Shown here: one piece after another, positions 37,992 to 52,427 of the stretch
Layout of the letters: the number at the start of each line of letters is the position of its first letter
Position numbering within the stretch: the stretch's first letter is position 1
Origin: the human T2T-CHM13v2.0 reference genome, Homo sapiens
Strand: one strand, 5' to 3'
NCBI RefSeq assembly: GCF_009914755.1
Contig: NC_060928.1
Length of the DNA: 64,000 nucleotides
The notes under the pieces: generated by a model
Databases searched by the model: none
What the model was told of the DNA's origin: nothing
What the model saw: the letters and a program-made list of their open reading frames with translations, nothing else
Position numbers and translations under genes: made by a program

Positions 37992-39527
37992 TGTCTGGGC
38001 ACATTATAAGTGTTTCAACAATATTTGCTGACTGAATAAAAAAAATTAAAAAAAATAGATGGATAGAATATTTCTGAAAGCCCAGGCATATATACTATTA
38101 TCTCAAATGCCCCAGATTTAGTGATTCCCTATAAAATCCCATGCCTAGAAATGAATCCACTTCCCAGCATGCGTGGCACAAATAGGCATTCTTCCCTCTT
38201 CTCCTCTTGTCAATTAATCAACAAATACTTATCAAGGATCTACCACATGTCTAGCACTATTCTTGTGCAGGAAATAACAAAGTTCTCCCTGCCTTCAAGG
38301 AGCTTATAGTTTATTTTTTACTTTTTATTTTTAATTGACAAAAAATAATTGTTCATATTTAAGGGATACAATGTGATGATGCGATGTTTTGATCGATATA
38401 TACACTGTATTAGAAAGATTCAATCAAGCCAATTAATATATCCATTTTCTCACCAACTTATTTTTTGTGGTGAGAATGTTAAAAATCTATTCTTTTAGCA
38501 ATTTTGAAATATGTAATACATTATTATTAACTGTGCTCAACATGCAGTGCAATAGATCACTAAAGCTTGTTACTCCAGCCTAAGACTTTATACCCTTTGA
38601 TTACATCTTTCTCCATCTCTACCCCTCTCCCCCAGCCTCTGGTAACCACCTTTCTACTCTCTGTTTCTTCATGGAATATCTTTTTCTATCCCTTCACTTT
38701 CAGTCTATTTGTATCCCTAGAGGTGAGATGAGTTTTTCTGGGCAGCATAGAGTTGGGCCTTATATTTTTATCCATTCAGCCACTCAATATCTTTTGATTG
38801 GATAATATAATCCACTTACATTCAAAGTAGTTATTGACATGTAAGAGCTTATGTTTGCCATTTTGTTAATTTTTTTCCAGTTAATTTGTAGATCTTTTGT
38901 TTTTCTCTTCCTTTGTGGTTTGATGATTTTCTGCAGTGGTATGCCTTAAATTCTTTTTAACTTTTGTGTATCTACTGAAGGTTTTTGCTTTGTGGTTACC
39001 ATGAGACTAACATAAAACATTTTATACTAATAGCAGGTTATTTTAAGCTGATAATAACTTTGATCACTTGCATAAATTTTACTCTTCTACTTCCTCCTAA
39101 TTTGTTTGGTCACACATTTTGTATGTTTTATAATTTGTGTCCCTTAACAAATTATTGTAGCTATTGTCGTTTTTAATAGTTGTCTTTTAACCTTCATCCT
39201 AGAGATATAATTGATTTTCAGATGACCATTATAGTATGAGGTTCTGAGTTTGACCATATATTTACTTTTACCAATGAGTTTTATATTTTTATATATTTTT
39301 ATGTTGCTACTTAGCAACTCCCCCCCTTTTTAAGTCTGAGAAAGTGATTATCTCCTTTTCATTTTTGAAGAGTAGGATTTCCAAGTATAGTATTCTTGGT
39401 TGGCAGGTTTATTTATTTATTTTTTTATCTTTCAGCTTTTTGAATATATCATCCCATTCCCTTCTGGCCCACAGGATTTCTGCTGAAAACTCTCAGAGAG
39501 TCTTATTAGAGTCCCCTTAAATGTAAC

Positions 39528-39896
39528 CATCACGCATGTCCGTGTGAAGAGACCACCAAACAGCCTTTGTGTGAGCAACAAGGCTGTTTATTTCACTTGG
39601 GTGCCGGTAGGCTGAGTCCAAAAAAGGAGTCAGCGAAGGGAGATAGGGGTGGGGTCATTTTATAGGATTTGGGTAGGTAGTGGAAAATTATAGTCAAAGG
39701 GGGTTGTTCTCTGGCAGGCAGGGGCGGGGGTCACAAGGTGCTCAGTGGGGGAGCTTCTGAGCTAAGAGAAGGAATTTCACAAGGTAATGTCATCAGTTAA
39801 GGCAGAAACCAGACATTTTCTCTTCTTTTGTGATTCTTCAGTTACTTCAGATGTATCTAGATGTATATCTGCCGGCTTGGGCTCAGAGGCCTGACA
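39528..39896 (-). mobile_element. Solo LTR7 (HERV-H LTR)
   Basis: GTCCGTGTGAAGAGACCACCAAACAG...GCTTGGGCTCAGAGGCCTGACA; perfect TSD GTAAC (39523-39527, 39897-39901). Confidence 0.96.
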
Positions 39897-40767
39897 GTAA
39901 CTGTCACTTTTCTCTTGCAGCTTTCAATATTCTCTCTTTGTCTTTAATGTTTGACAGTTTTATTGTTATGTGTCTTGGTGTGAGTCTCTTTGGATTCATT
40001 CTATTAGGTGTATGTTGAGTTTACTGGATTTAGGTTTTTATTTCCTTCCTCAGAAGTAGGAAGTTTTTGCCATTTTTTTTTGAGTATGTCCTCTGTCCCT
40101 TTCTCTTTCTCCTCATCTTTTGATACTCTGATAATGCACATATCATTCCACCTGATGATGTCCCATAGTCCCTTAGGTTGTCTTCACTTGTTTTCTTTCT
40201 TTTTTCACCTCATATTGTATGATTTTCTATAAACCATCTTTATGTTCACTATTTCTTTATTCTGCTTGATCTAGTCATTGTTAAAGCCTTCTATTGAATT
40301 TTTGAATTCAGTTATTCTTCAGCTTGATGATTTCGGTTTGTTTGCTGCTTCTTCTTCCTTTTTTTTTTTTTTTTTACCCTTTATTCTATCTCTCTGTTGA
40401 AGTTGACAGTTTTTTCATGCATTGTTCTTACCTTGGTGAACATCTTTACAACTGTCCTTTTGAATTCCCTGTCAAGTAAATCACCTGTCTTCATTCCATT
40501 GAGTCAGTTTCTGGAGATTTATCTTGTTCTTTTATTCAGAAGATGTTTTCTTCATTTTCCTGTTTTTTCATTTTCCTTCACTCTCTGTGTTGGTCTCTGC
40601 ACATTAGATTTAAAAAACTACCTTCCCTAATCTTGTTATACTGCTCCCTTTTGGGAGCTGCTCCTGCCCAATTTGCCTGACCAGACATTCCAGGTGCCTC
40701 TAAACTGTTTGTGCATGTCCCCAACCTGCTATTTTTGTTCTTAGTGGTCCAAGAAATTCAAGTGTCA

Positions 40768-40959
40768 TGTGGGCGTGGTGGCACACACCTGTAGTCCTAG
40801 CTATTTGCGGGGCTGAGGCGGGAGGATCAACTGAGCCCGGGAGGTTGAGGTTGCAGTGGGCCATGATCATGATCATGCCACAGCACTCCAGCTTGGGTGA
40901 CAGCATGAGACCCTGTCTCAAAAAAAAAAAAAAAAAAAAAAAAAAGAAGAAGAAAGAAA
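40768..40959 (+). mobile_element. Alu right arm only (AluJ/FRAM-like)
   Basis: GGAGGATCAACTGAGCCCGGGAGG; long A-tail; TSD AAG(A/G)AATT(C/A)AAGTGTCA at 40751-40767 and 40960-40976. Confidence 0.92.
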
Positions 40960-41334
40960 AAGGAATTAAAGTGTCAAGTTGTGCTATTGTCTTAGGAGAG
41001 GTGGGACAGAAGCCAGAACTTTGGGATGCAGATGGTGTTAGATATATGTTCTAGTTCCTTCTTCATTTGCAGGGAAACTGAGAGCTAGAGTTTATCTGCA
41101 CTCATTCTGCTCTACATCAAGGAAAGAGTCTGGAGCAGATGCTTGTACTCTTGATCAGACTACTCACTTTGAGATGACTGCTGAAAATTTACAAGTTTAA
41201 AAGTTACCTTTTTGTTCTCAGTGGTCTAGGAGACTCAGGAGTGCAGAGTGTGTCAAATCCCATAGTGAGGTGATTTAGGAGCTAGTCCTTCAGGTGAAAG
41301 CTGTAAAAGTTGGAGCATGCAGAAACTACTTCCA

Positions 41335-41875
41335 GGGAGTCTGCAGATTTGAATTTATTTCTGGAGCAAGCCAGGGAAGAAGGTGTGGAGAGTTCCCACT
41401 CTCCTGTTTGAGCAAGCAGAAGTTTCACACCTTCCTAGCAAGGGGAGATTTCTGGTCTGGAGTTATCACTGAAGCAAGCCAGAGAGAAAGGTGCAGCGAG
41501 TGCTCACTTTCTCTTTCAGGAATGGAGAGATCCCCCAGCATCCTCCCAATGACGGATTCCAAGACTTTATCTTTAGAGTAAGCCAGGGAAGATGGCACAG
41601 GAAATGCTGTCATTCTTGCCAGCATAGTTTTCCAACCTCTTTCTACAGAGAGATAGCAGGGCTGGGATTTTCACCACTGGAGCAAGCTGGGGAAGGAAGT
41701 GCAGAAAGTGCTCACTCCCCGTTCAAGAAAGAAGTCTCAGACTCTCTTTACAGAGGGAGCATTCTGGTCTGGAGTTATTGATGAAGCAAGCCAGGGAAGA
41801 AGCCACCGGGAATGCTCACTTTCCCTTTTGGGCATGGAGAGGTCCACCAACCTCCCTTTAATAGAGATTGTAGAG
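41335..41875. repeat. Degenerate tandem array, about 104-bp unit x5
   Basis: G(C/T)AAGC(C/T)RGRGA anchor at 41366, 41474, 41578, 41682, 41786. Confidence 0.8.
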
Positions 41876-41967
41876 ATTTATAGCTTATTTTTTTGAAGAC
41901 AGACAATAGATATTCAAAACAAATCCATAGTTCTATGAGAGAAATTAAAGAGTTTAGCTTGACACAC

Positions 41968-42512
41968 AATGACCAGGTTTAACCCAACTGAGGTCTGGCT
42001 GCTTGCCGCTCAGAAGCCAAAACAAGAGAAGCAAGATGGAATGGAGGAAAGCAGTTTTATTCAAAGGCTAGCCATTGAGAAGAATGGCTGGACTTAGGTC
42101 TCAAAGAACCATCTCAAATTTTCAGGCTAAGCGAAGGGGGTTGGGAAGGGAAACTTGGTATGGGAAGCATGTGGGAGTGGTGCAGGATGGAGGTCGGCAT
42201 ATCTTGCTCCAATGGCTATCTTGAGTTGTTGTCCACCTGTAGTATGAACTGGGGCCATTTTGACAATGGTTGGGTTGTAGATTAACCACCTTGAGGCAAT
42301 TTCTAGGTGGGGGAGACTTCCACAACTGGATCTCTATGCCTGGTTTATTTCAAGATTAGCCCCTGGAACTTCTAAGCAAGTACATCATTAGACAAGCAAA
42401 TATGGTGCAAGGGAGTGTCTGGAATAGAAAGAGGAAGAAGGGTTTTCTTAAGATTAAGAAGAGAGAAAATGAAACTTCAAAATACATTTCGAGGTTAAGA
42501 TACTGGGTTACA
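41968..42512 (-). mobile_element. ERV1-type solo LTR, family not determined
   Basis: Ends TACTGGGTTACA (TGTAACCCAGTA on -); AATAAA on - near 42056-42061; U5-like GAGGTCTGGCTGCTTGCCGCTC. Confidence 0.6.
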
Positions 42513-42691
42513 TAGAGTGTGAAGAGTGTATGCTACTTTCATCATTTTATGGTTCCAGCTATAGCAGTGGAGGCTTACTGGGGGATGACCTGTCTTAGAT
42601 TCATTTGCAAACCAATGATCCAGGCTCAGCATAGGTTTCAAATCACACCCAGCAGAGGGTGTGGCAGGTCTGGATAGGGTTTATTTTTTAA

Positions 42692-42985
<294 letters not shown>

Positions 42986-43181
42986 AGTTTTATGCCCTAA
43001 GAGGCTTCATGTGTTAGTGTCCTGGTTCTAGTGATGAGGGATAATGGTTAGCACTTGTCATGACTTGATTAGGAATGAAATAACATAGTGAATATATAGT
43101 AACCAATGTAATCAAAAACAGTTTCCTCAAAAATACCTGGCTGGGGTGGGCAACTAGGTTCTTCTCTCAAGCTGATTCTGG

Positions 43182-44139
<958 letters not shown>

Positions 44140-44579
44140 TCAATTAGTAGAGGCTGTTTAGAACACTGTCTTTAGAGTTCCTCAATGAGAATTCCAATTT
44201 CAGAAGGAGTTAGAAGCAAGCTAAAGCAAAGCGAGTGATTATTCTTTTGGCACCCTAGGAATCAAAGAACAGTATGTTCTGAAGCAAATCATGCTTGTGT
44301 TTTCTGAGGACACAAGAACTTCATCTAACTTCTTTTTTGATCTGATCCGAGCCATTAGCCAATGAGAAAGGTGATTGAATGGTGATGTCTTCCATGAGTC
44401 CAGTAATAAGTATGCTTGTGTCCATCTGTGATGGTGCTTAGTCCTATCCAGGCCCAAATCCACAATGGGGTATAACTTTTCAGTAACTGCCCAAGGCTTA
44501 GGAAATTAAGTATTATACCAAAATGTCCAAAACACATGAGCATGAACCTGTAGTGGATGGTAAGCCTTAGTGGCTCACA

Positions 44580-44835
44580 GATGCAGTGTAGATTAGAAAG
44601 ACTGCTGGACTACTGGATAGCATAATCCCCAGAGTCTAGTTTTTTTTTTTTTTTGGAACACTCACAAACTGCATGAACTTGAGAAGGTCAGTTTCTTTCC
44701 TAAGCATCAGTTTCTCCATTTATTAAAAAAAAAATCAGCCCAATAATTCCTGTTCTTCCTACTTCGCAGGGATTTTATGACAATCAAATGAGCTCATACT
44801 TGGGAGAGCACTTCACTCGGTGCTAGACAAGAACA
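44580..44835 (+). mobile_element. MIR SINE
   Basis: GCATCAGTTTCTCCATTTATTAAAA..GGATTTTATGACAATCAAATGAG. Confidence 0.6.
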
Positions 44836-44891
44836 AGCTATCATCATTAATTTGCTGGTGACAGGGAAAGCTGCTACTTCCTTTCCCTACC

Positions 44892-44928
<37 letters not shown>

Positions 44929-47019
44929 AAACAGAGGTAGTTATTTATGCACCAGAAAGAACAGTTAAATTCCTAGGCTGTGTGCTTCTCTTAGTGAAAT
45001 GATTTAGAGCCATGTGTAAATAGCACATAAATTTATTATGACTCGGGTCCAAACTGGGGAATGTGTCTGTATATACACACACATGCAATCACCTCTCAAC
45101 ATCTAACAGTGAAAAATATTGCAGCCTTGTAAAAAACAAAGCCACCTTCTTCCTAACTCCTGACAGCTAAAATGTCCTTAAAATAAATGGGAAAGAAAGT
45201 TCACTCTACATAACTGTGCAATGGAGTTTTTATGAATCAGACAAATTTTGAGTCTCGCAGGTAACGTCAGACCTGAGAGTGATGTTTACACTCCTGGTAT
45301 TTCAAGCTTAACTACTTGCTGCTGATTCGCCCAGATGGCTCTCTAGGCACAAGGATGCAGAATCTCTATTTATTTACTCCAAAGAAACAAACAAACAAAA
45401 AGCTGACCGTTGGACCAAGTTAATCAAAAAGTTTTTAATAGAGTCATTGGAGGACCAAGGCAAATGCCTGGAGCCATAAACAGGTGGCACAAATCATTTT
45501 TAGTCTTGTTAGAGAATGAGGAGCGGGCTGCTGCAGGGAGATGATTTCCTGCCTAATTAATCTGCATGTTGCCACCCTGGAATTTATTCATTGTGGGGCA
45601 TGAATCCCATCTGTAAGGCCAGTTGTTAGAATTGGTGAGAAAATACTTTCTTTTTTCCTTATTTATTAGAGGAGAGAGGAAGAGAGAGAGAGCAGAGAGC
45701 TCATGTAGTTATATTTCAGCTTGAAGCAAATCAAATACTCCTTTGAGTCTTCAGTACTTGAAAGCAGCCAAATGGCTGTTGCAGGGTGGCCTGTTACTTT
45801 CGTATTTATGAAGGAATTTATATGTATGTGTGTGTATATATATCACATTTCCTTCATAAATGTATATATTACAAAACCACATATATATTACATTATATAT
45901 GTGTGTGTGTACATATATATAACTTTTTTGTTTTTAGTGGCAACACTTAATCGGACAGAGCTGCCAGTCACTAAAGGTGAAGTGAGATGTTTTGATTAGA
46001 CAATCAGTCAATGCTGCACTAGTCTAAATAGTGTCTTTGTGAAAGTTAGAAAAGGCACCCCTTGCTCAAGACATTTTACTTCTATTTGCTGGGAAATTGT
46101 CATACTACATTGAATATGTTAGAGTAAGACACTTTACTTCCACCTGCCAGAAAGCTGTCATTACACAAACTGAAACCTACAGTGTCTTCAGTGAGAAGAC
46201 TACCTCTTTAGCTACATTGTTCTTGTGTACCACATGGCCTAAACAATTGCACACCGGCACCACCATCGATGGCAGCATTTAGCAAGCTGCTGGGGATGGC
46301 TGGCTGGTTCATATGGTCCCTGCCCTCAGGCAGCTCAGTCTAGCTGGGAAGACAGACATTAGTCAAAATAAGCATCCAAATACATGTACTATGACAAAAT
46401 GGGGAAGTGCTTTGAAGCAAAATTTCAGGGTGCTAGGGGTCTTCTTAAATTGAAGATAAATGTGTATCTAGTGTTTAAAATAGTTCTTGGCAACACTCAA
46501 CTGATGTTTACAGGATGAAAATTTCACAAATTACAACCATCCACAAAACGGAGGTGTGTGGAAATAGAGCTTTCTTTGTACAACTGATTTTAATATTTGA
46601 TTCCAAGACCCACCAAGCGGATAGTATCAAACAGTGATGTTTGCGTAAATCAGTTCAATATAGTGACTTCCAGTTAAATTCAATCCCCAAGCCCTTCCAA
46701 GCTCTGTCTGTGGCTAGTTTAAGCCTTCAGAGAGAGACAGATGATTCCCTGACTCTTTGTGGTTGGGTCACAGGCTGCTGATGGATGCTCCTTCCCTCAC
46801 CCCTCCAGGCAGCCTATTCAAACTGGGATGTCAATGTCCCTGCTTATGTGTGGGCCTCTTTCTGAATGCTGAAAGCCCTGTTGGTCCCCTCCAAGCCACT
46901 TTTAAGGTAGGGCCCATCACAACCAAGGGCAGCCAGCTGCTGTTCCTCTGGCTTGTGCTGTGCCCATGTGTAGGATGGGTCTTTGGTGCTTCCCCTCCTA
47001 AGCTGCATCCAGGGGACAG

Positions 47020-47703
47020 ATTGGCTTAATGCTCTACTGTCACCATCTTGAAATTCATAATCATTTTATCTTTAAACTTGTCTTTTGTGAAGTAGTGCAC
47101 CCACCTGAGCAGAGGAGAGGTGTGCATAATGCATGCTGCCATTTCTTCCTATCCCATTTGCACATAGCATTAGTGTTAATTCCTTGTATCGACCAACCAC
47201 TTAAGTGAAAATGGTGACATAGAAAGAAAGGGAAAGAGAGAGCAGCCCATAGTTTCTTTTGTCTTCAGTCCTTCCTTAACTCATCAGTAAGTCAAAGGTA
47301 GAGAATGTCAGTAGAATGTGTGTATGTCACAAAGGGAAATAAAGACAGCATCTCCCCTTTTCTGGAAAGGACAAAATACGTATGCACGTACAAGCTATGA
47401 AATACAAATTGTGCAATGTCAGGCCTTCTGCATATGAGTTAAATGCTCTTAAATTTGCATTTAAAGCTGGCATTGCACAATATAAAGTAGAATGGTAAAA
47501 TTCGGGCTAATAATTTTAAATTCTAATTTTTCTTTACTTAGAACAACATTAAATAGCAAATAAAAAGCTCCATGACAAGTTGAGAGAGAAAGACTGCAGA
47601 AGAAAGTGAAAAGCTTTTAATTTTAGCGCTTTGTCCTGCTTTTTGAACAAGGAGTCTTACATTTTCATTGCACTATGTCCTGCAAATGATGTAGCTGGGC
47701 TTG
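47020..47703 (+). mobile_element. hAT-Tip100 DNA transposon remnant (Arthur1/MER69-like)
   Basis: TTAATGCTCTACTGTCACCATCTTGAAATTC, GAAAATGGTGACATAGAAAGAAAGGGAAAG, TTTGAACAAGG..CCTGCAAATGATGTAGC. Confidence 0.78.
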
Positions 47704-48177
47704 CTCAAGCTAAACACATGGGGTAGAGCTCCTTCCCTGTTTTCCCACCCCCAGCAAAATGCGAGGAGTGGGGAGGGAGGGCAAAAGTTACACAGCTTTG
47801 TGCACTTCATTTTCTTTTTCCTTAAAACTCCAACCCTTTGTGTCCTCCCAGCACGTGTTTCTAGCTCCTCCAAGGGCAAATCATTGACAGCCAGGTTTAG
47901 TAGTCACTTTACACTTCTGGGAAAATGGCTGTGGCTTCTAGCTGGGAGCTGTGTCTTCTGAACGTAGTAAGAGTCTGGTCTTAGCTTTCAGGCTGGCCTG
48001 TCTCCACAGCTATTTATTATAGTTCACACTTAGCTGGGGCTTTTGGGAGAGAGGGAGAAGCCAGAGCCAACAAGAATGCAGAAGGGAGAATGCAGGAAGA
48101 CAGGGCACAGTGCTTCCCATCTCTCCTGATGTGGACAGTAGAAACTTCCTGAGTACCTGCTGCATAGGGCATGGCTC

Positions 48178-48755
48178 TGTAGGGGCTCAGAAAACAGTAC
48201 CCCAAAAGGAAGATCTCAGCAGCAGCCTCAGAAGCGAACGTTTCTCTCTGACCTTCTCCTGCCCTCCTCTCAGTCCCATTTTCTCCCAAGGCCAGCCACT
48301 GAAACTAGAATCCCTCTTTCTCAAGGCAGGTTATAGAAACCAGAACCCCTTTTCCCCAAAGCTAGCCATAAAATCTAAAAATATTATCTGTGAAAACTGA
48401 CCATAAAGAACATATCTGACCTACCTGGTTTGACTGTAGGTCACAAGCCCCCATTCCAGAGAGGCCCTGCCCCACACCCAGAAGGAAGGAATGCTTTAGA
48501 GAGGCCAAGAAGAATCTAGACAGGTCTTGCTGGGTTTTCTACTCAGTCTATTAACATCAGATCATCCTCCCTTTTGTCAAATCAGACTTCTACCTGGCTG
48601 TCCATACTTTGTTAAGCCTAAACATAAAAACAGACAATTTCCCCCGTGTCTTGGGGTCTTCATTCTGAAGCCTCCGTGGATACACATTGAATGAATTAGT
48701 ATGCTTTCTCTCCTATTACTCGGTTGGCCTCATGTCAGTGATTTTTCAGTGAACC
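48178..48755 (+). mobile_element. ERV1 solo LTR (MER39-like)
   Basis: TGTAGGGGCTCAGAAAACAGTACCCCAAA, CTCTGACCTTCTCCTGCCCTCC, GAGAGGCCAAGAAGAATCTAGACAG. Confidence 0.85.
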
Positions 48756-50282
48756 ACAGTTCCCTCGTCGGTGGGCTGCCATGTCAGGCAGGCAGGGAAG
48801 CGCAGTGGACTCTAGGAAGGAAGAAGCAAGGACCTTTGGAGAAGGAGCATCACTCAGAGGCAGAGACAGGAAGCCCCAGAGCCGGGTTTTTCGGTCCTCT
48901 GCTCCACAGTGCACAGGTTTCAGAATGCTTCCTGAGAATTCTCCATTACCACCACACTTTTTAATTTTAGGAAATCAGCATGTTTTATTCATTAAAAAGA
49001 TAAAATATCTTTGTGCAAGAGAGGCCCCAAAGGAGAGCAGTGCTCAGAGTGGCTAATGGATTTCTTTGTAATGCGGTTTAATGCAACAAGGCAACTCATG
49101 TCTTTATGGTTGGGAGAGTTTTCTCCTTGGATGGGGAGTGAGGGGCTGAGAGCCTGAGACTGGGCATACTCCAGAATCCGCACCCAGCCCCTGGCTGGAG
49201 GCAGCCAGCCTTTGCCTGAGCTACAGCCCTGAGGCTGAGCCATTACCCTGAGTGACCCATCCCTGAGAGACCAAGAGGCAGTGGGGCTGAGCCATGCTCT
49301 AGACGTCACCTCTCAGTCCCAGAAAGGACACCCTGCAGGTCACCAAACAAGGGTTGAATTGTCCTCTGTGAAAAAGTCAGCCTCCTGAGCATGAAAAAGC
49401 CCTAGCACTGGTGGTTAGAAACCAACTGAAGCAGGGGTGGCTAAGCCTTCTGTGAGGAGGAAATTCTTTTTATTTTCTAGAATCTGAGATTCCTGAGGAG
49501 ACCGTGGAGGGAAGGCCTCCTCTTCTGAGAGTGGGGTGGTGAAATAAGGAGCCTGTGAAGATGAGGCCCTTCTCACTGGGAGCCCTGACTAATCAAGAAC
49601 AGCCAGGGCAACAGCTCCGTCTGTGGCCAGCAGAAATCTTTCTGATGCCCCCTGGCTTAGAGGAAAGAGAAACGGTGGGATTACAGCTATCCCATAAAAA
49701 AAGCAAAATTCATCTTTTTCACTTTCATCTGTGGGTCAGAAAATAGACACTGAGGGCTGAACGTCCTTCCACAATGGGTCGGCCAGGATGGCATCTGGTG
49801 TCTCAGGGCCAGAGGCAGGTGAGGGGAATGGAGGCTGAGAGCGGCTCTGAGGGAGGAGGGCCCCACTGTTGGCAGCTGCTTCCCCTCCTCGTATTTTCCC
49901 CCTCTTCTCTCTGTTTTGATCTACTAGTACTTCTGTGTTTCTGTTTCTCTTCCTAGCCTGGCTTTTCTACCCTTGGAGAGGCACTCAAAGAAAGCTCACA
50001 GCAGGTGAGCAGAAGGCAGGAGATACGAAAGGAAGCCAGGCGGTGGGGTAATCAGGAGGTCATGTTGTGGAGCCAGAGGTCAGAGCACTTTGAGGTCAGT
50101 GTTTCTGGTATGGGGGATCCTATCTCTGCTAGAGCATAAAGACATAGAATACGTTTTCTGAGATCGTTCTTTGCTCCAAAGCTTTCTAGCTTGGTTGAAA
50201 ACAAACCAATGAACAAGCTCCTAGGGGAGAAAATAATTTCACCTTCCATAGTTTTTCATTTTTACTTACCCTTTAAAAAATA

Positions 50283-52290
50283 ATTTTGACTTTTATTTTA
50301 GATTCAGGGGGTACATGTGCACATTTGTTACATGGGTATATTGCGTGATGTTGAGGTTTGTGATATGATTGAGCCCATCACGCAGGTAGTGAATATAGTA
50401 CCCAATAGTTTGTTTTCCAACCCTTTCTCCCCTCCCTCCCTCCCACCTCTATTAGTTCCCAGTATCTATTATTGCCATCTTTATGTCCATGAGTACCCAA
50501 TGTTTAGCTCCTACTTATAAGTGAGAACACGCGGTATTTGGTTTTCTGTTCCCGAGTTAATTCGCTTGGGTTGATGGCCTTCCATTGCATCCATTGGGTT
50601 TCCTAGGTTTTCTGCTAGGATTCATGTAGGACATGATTTTGTTCTTTTTATGGTTGCATAGTTTCCATGGTGTATATGTACCAGCTCTTTATCCAATTCA
50701 CCATTAATGGACACCTAGGTTAATTCCATGCGTTTGCTATTGTGAATAGTGCTGCAATGATCACACGAGTGCATGTGTCTTTTCGGAAGAACGATTTATT
50801 TTCTTTTGGATATATACCTAGAAATGGGATTTCTGGGTCAAATGTTAAGTTCTGTTTTAAGTTTTTTGAGAAATCTTCAAACTTCTTTCCACAGTGGCTG
50901 AACTAATTGACCTTCCCACCAGCAGTGTATGTGGTTCCTTTTCTCTGCAGCCTCACCAGCATCTGTTGTTTTTTCGACTTTTTAATAACAGCCATTCTGA
51001 CTGATATGAAATGATATGTCATTGTGGCTTTGAATCACACTTCTCTGATTGTTAGTGATAATGTTTCTTTCATATATTTGTTGGCTGCTTGTATGTCTTC
51101 TTTTGAGAAGTGTCTGCTCATGTCTTTTGCCCATTTTTTAATGGGGTTGTTTGGTTTTTGTTTGTTCAATTGTTTAAGTTTCTTATAGATTCTGAATATT
51201 AGATCTTTGTTGGATGCATAGTTTGCAAATATTTTCTCCCATTCTGTGGGTTGTCTGTTTACTCTGTTGATAGTTTTTTTTGTTCGTTTGTTTTGCTGTG
51301 CAGAAGCTCTTTAGTTTAATTAGGTCCCATTTGTTAATTTTGTCTTTGTCACAATGGCTTTTGAGGACTTAGTCATAATTTTTTTCCCAAGACCAATGTC
51401 CAAAATGGTGTTTCCCAGGTTTTCTTCTAGGATTCTTATAGTTTGAGGTCTTACATTTAAATCTTTGGTCCATCTTGAGTTAATTTTTGTATATAGTGAA
51501 ATGTAGAGGTCCAGTTTCATTCTTTTGCATATGGCTAGCCAGCTATCCCAGCACCATTTTATTGAAAATGGAGTCTTTTCCACATTGCTTATTTCTGTCA
51601 ACTTTGTCAAAGATCAGATGGCTATAGGTGTGCAGCTTTATTTTTGGGTTCTGTATTCTGTTTCACTGGTTTTTGTAGCAGTGTGATGCTGTTTTGGTTA
51701 CCGTAACCTTATAATATAGTTGGAAGTTGGGTAATGTGAAGCCTCCATCTTTTTTCTTTTTGCTTAGACTTGCTTTGGCTATTGAGGCTCTTTTTTGTTC
51801 CATATGAAGGGATAGTTTTTTCTAGTTCTGTGAAAAATGATGTTGGTAGTTTGATAGGAATAACACTGAATCTGTAGTTTGCTTTGGGCATTATGGCCAT
51901 TTTAGCAATATGAATTCTTCCAACCCATGAGCATGGAACATATTTCCATTTGTTTGTGTCATCTCTGATTTCTTTCAGCAGTGTTTTGTAATTCTTCTCA
52001 TAGAGATCTTTAATCTCCTTGGTTAAATGTATTCCTGGGCATTTTTTATTATGTGTATGGCTATGGAAATTGGATTGCATTCTTGATTTGGCTCTCAGCT
52101 TGAACATTATTGGTGTATAGAAATACTACTGATTTTTTTTACATTGGTTTTGTATCCTGAAACTTTACTGAATTTGTTCCTCAGTTCCAGGAGGCTTTTG
52201 GCAGGGTCTTTAGAATTTTCTAGGTACAGACTCATATCATCAAACTTATTTCATTCTCTTGAGTGATTGCTCTAGCTAGGACTTCCTGTC
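50283..52290 (-). mobile_element. 5'-truncated L1PB (3'UTR plus decayed ORF2 C-terminus)
   Basis: TTTAGATTCAGGGGGTACATGTGC 3' end; - strand peptides [39 protein letters not shown] and [17 protein letters not shown]. Confidence 0.95.
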
Positions 52291-52427
52291 TTTGGTTTAC
52301 CCTTTGCACAGTTTTCTGCTTCCTATTCTCTACTTTGTCTTCTTTGTTAAGCGTAGATAGTTGTTGGGGCTGGAAAACTAGACTTGGGAGCCAAGGCAGT
52401 GTCTAAGTTGCATAAAGAAAAGACACA

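Larger units (their letters stand above)
38312..41900 (-). mobile_element. Old L1M (L1MA/MB-type) with 3' end, internal fragments and 5' region; interrupted by LTR7 and an Alu
   Basis: 3' end TTTTAATTGACAAAAAATAATTG..TTTTAGCAATTTTGAAAT; ATGGAATATCTTTTTCTATCCCTTCACTTTCAG; TATAGTATTCTTGGTTGGCAG; TTTTCTCTTGCAGCTTTCAATATTCTCTCTTTGTC. Confidence 0.82.

Noticed and set aside
41335-41875. Regularly spaced repeats resembling a CRISPR array
   Set aside because: Eukaryotic context; whole units are homologous and degenerate, with no unique spacers or cas genes
51320-52107. ORFs similar to L1 ORF2 protein
   Set aside because: Frameshifted fragments of a dead L1PB ORF2
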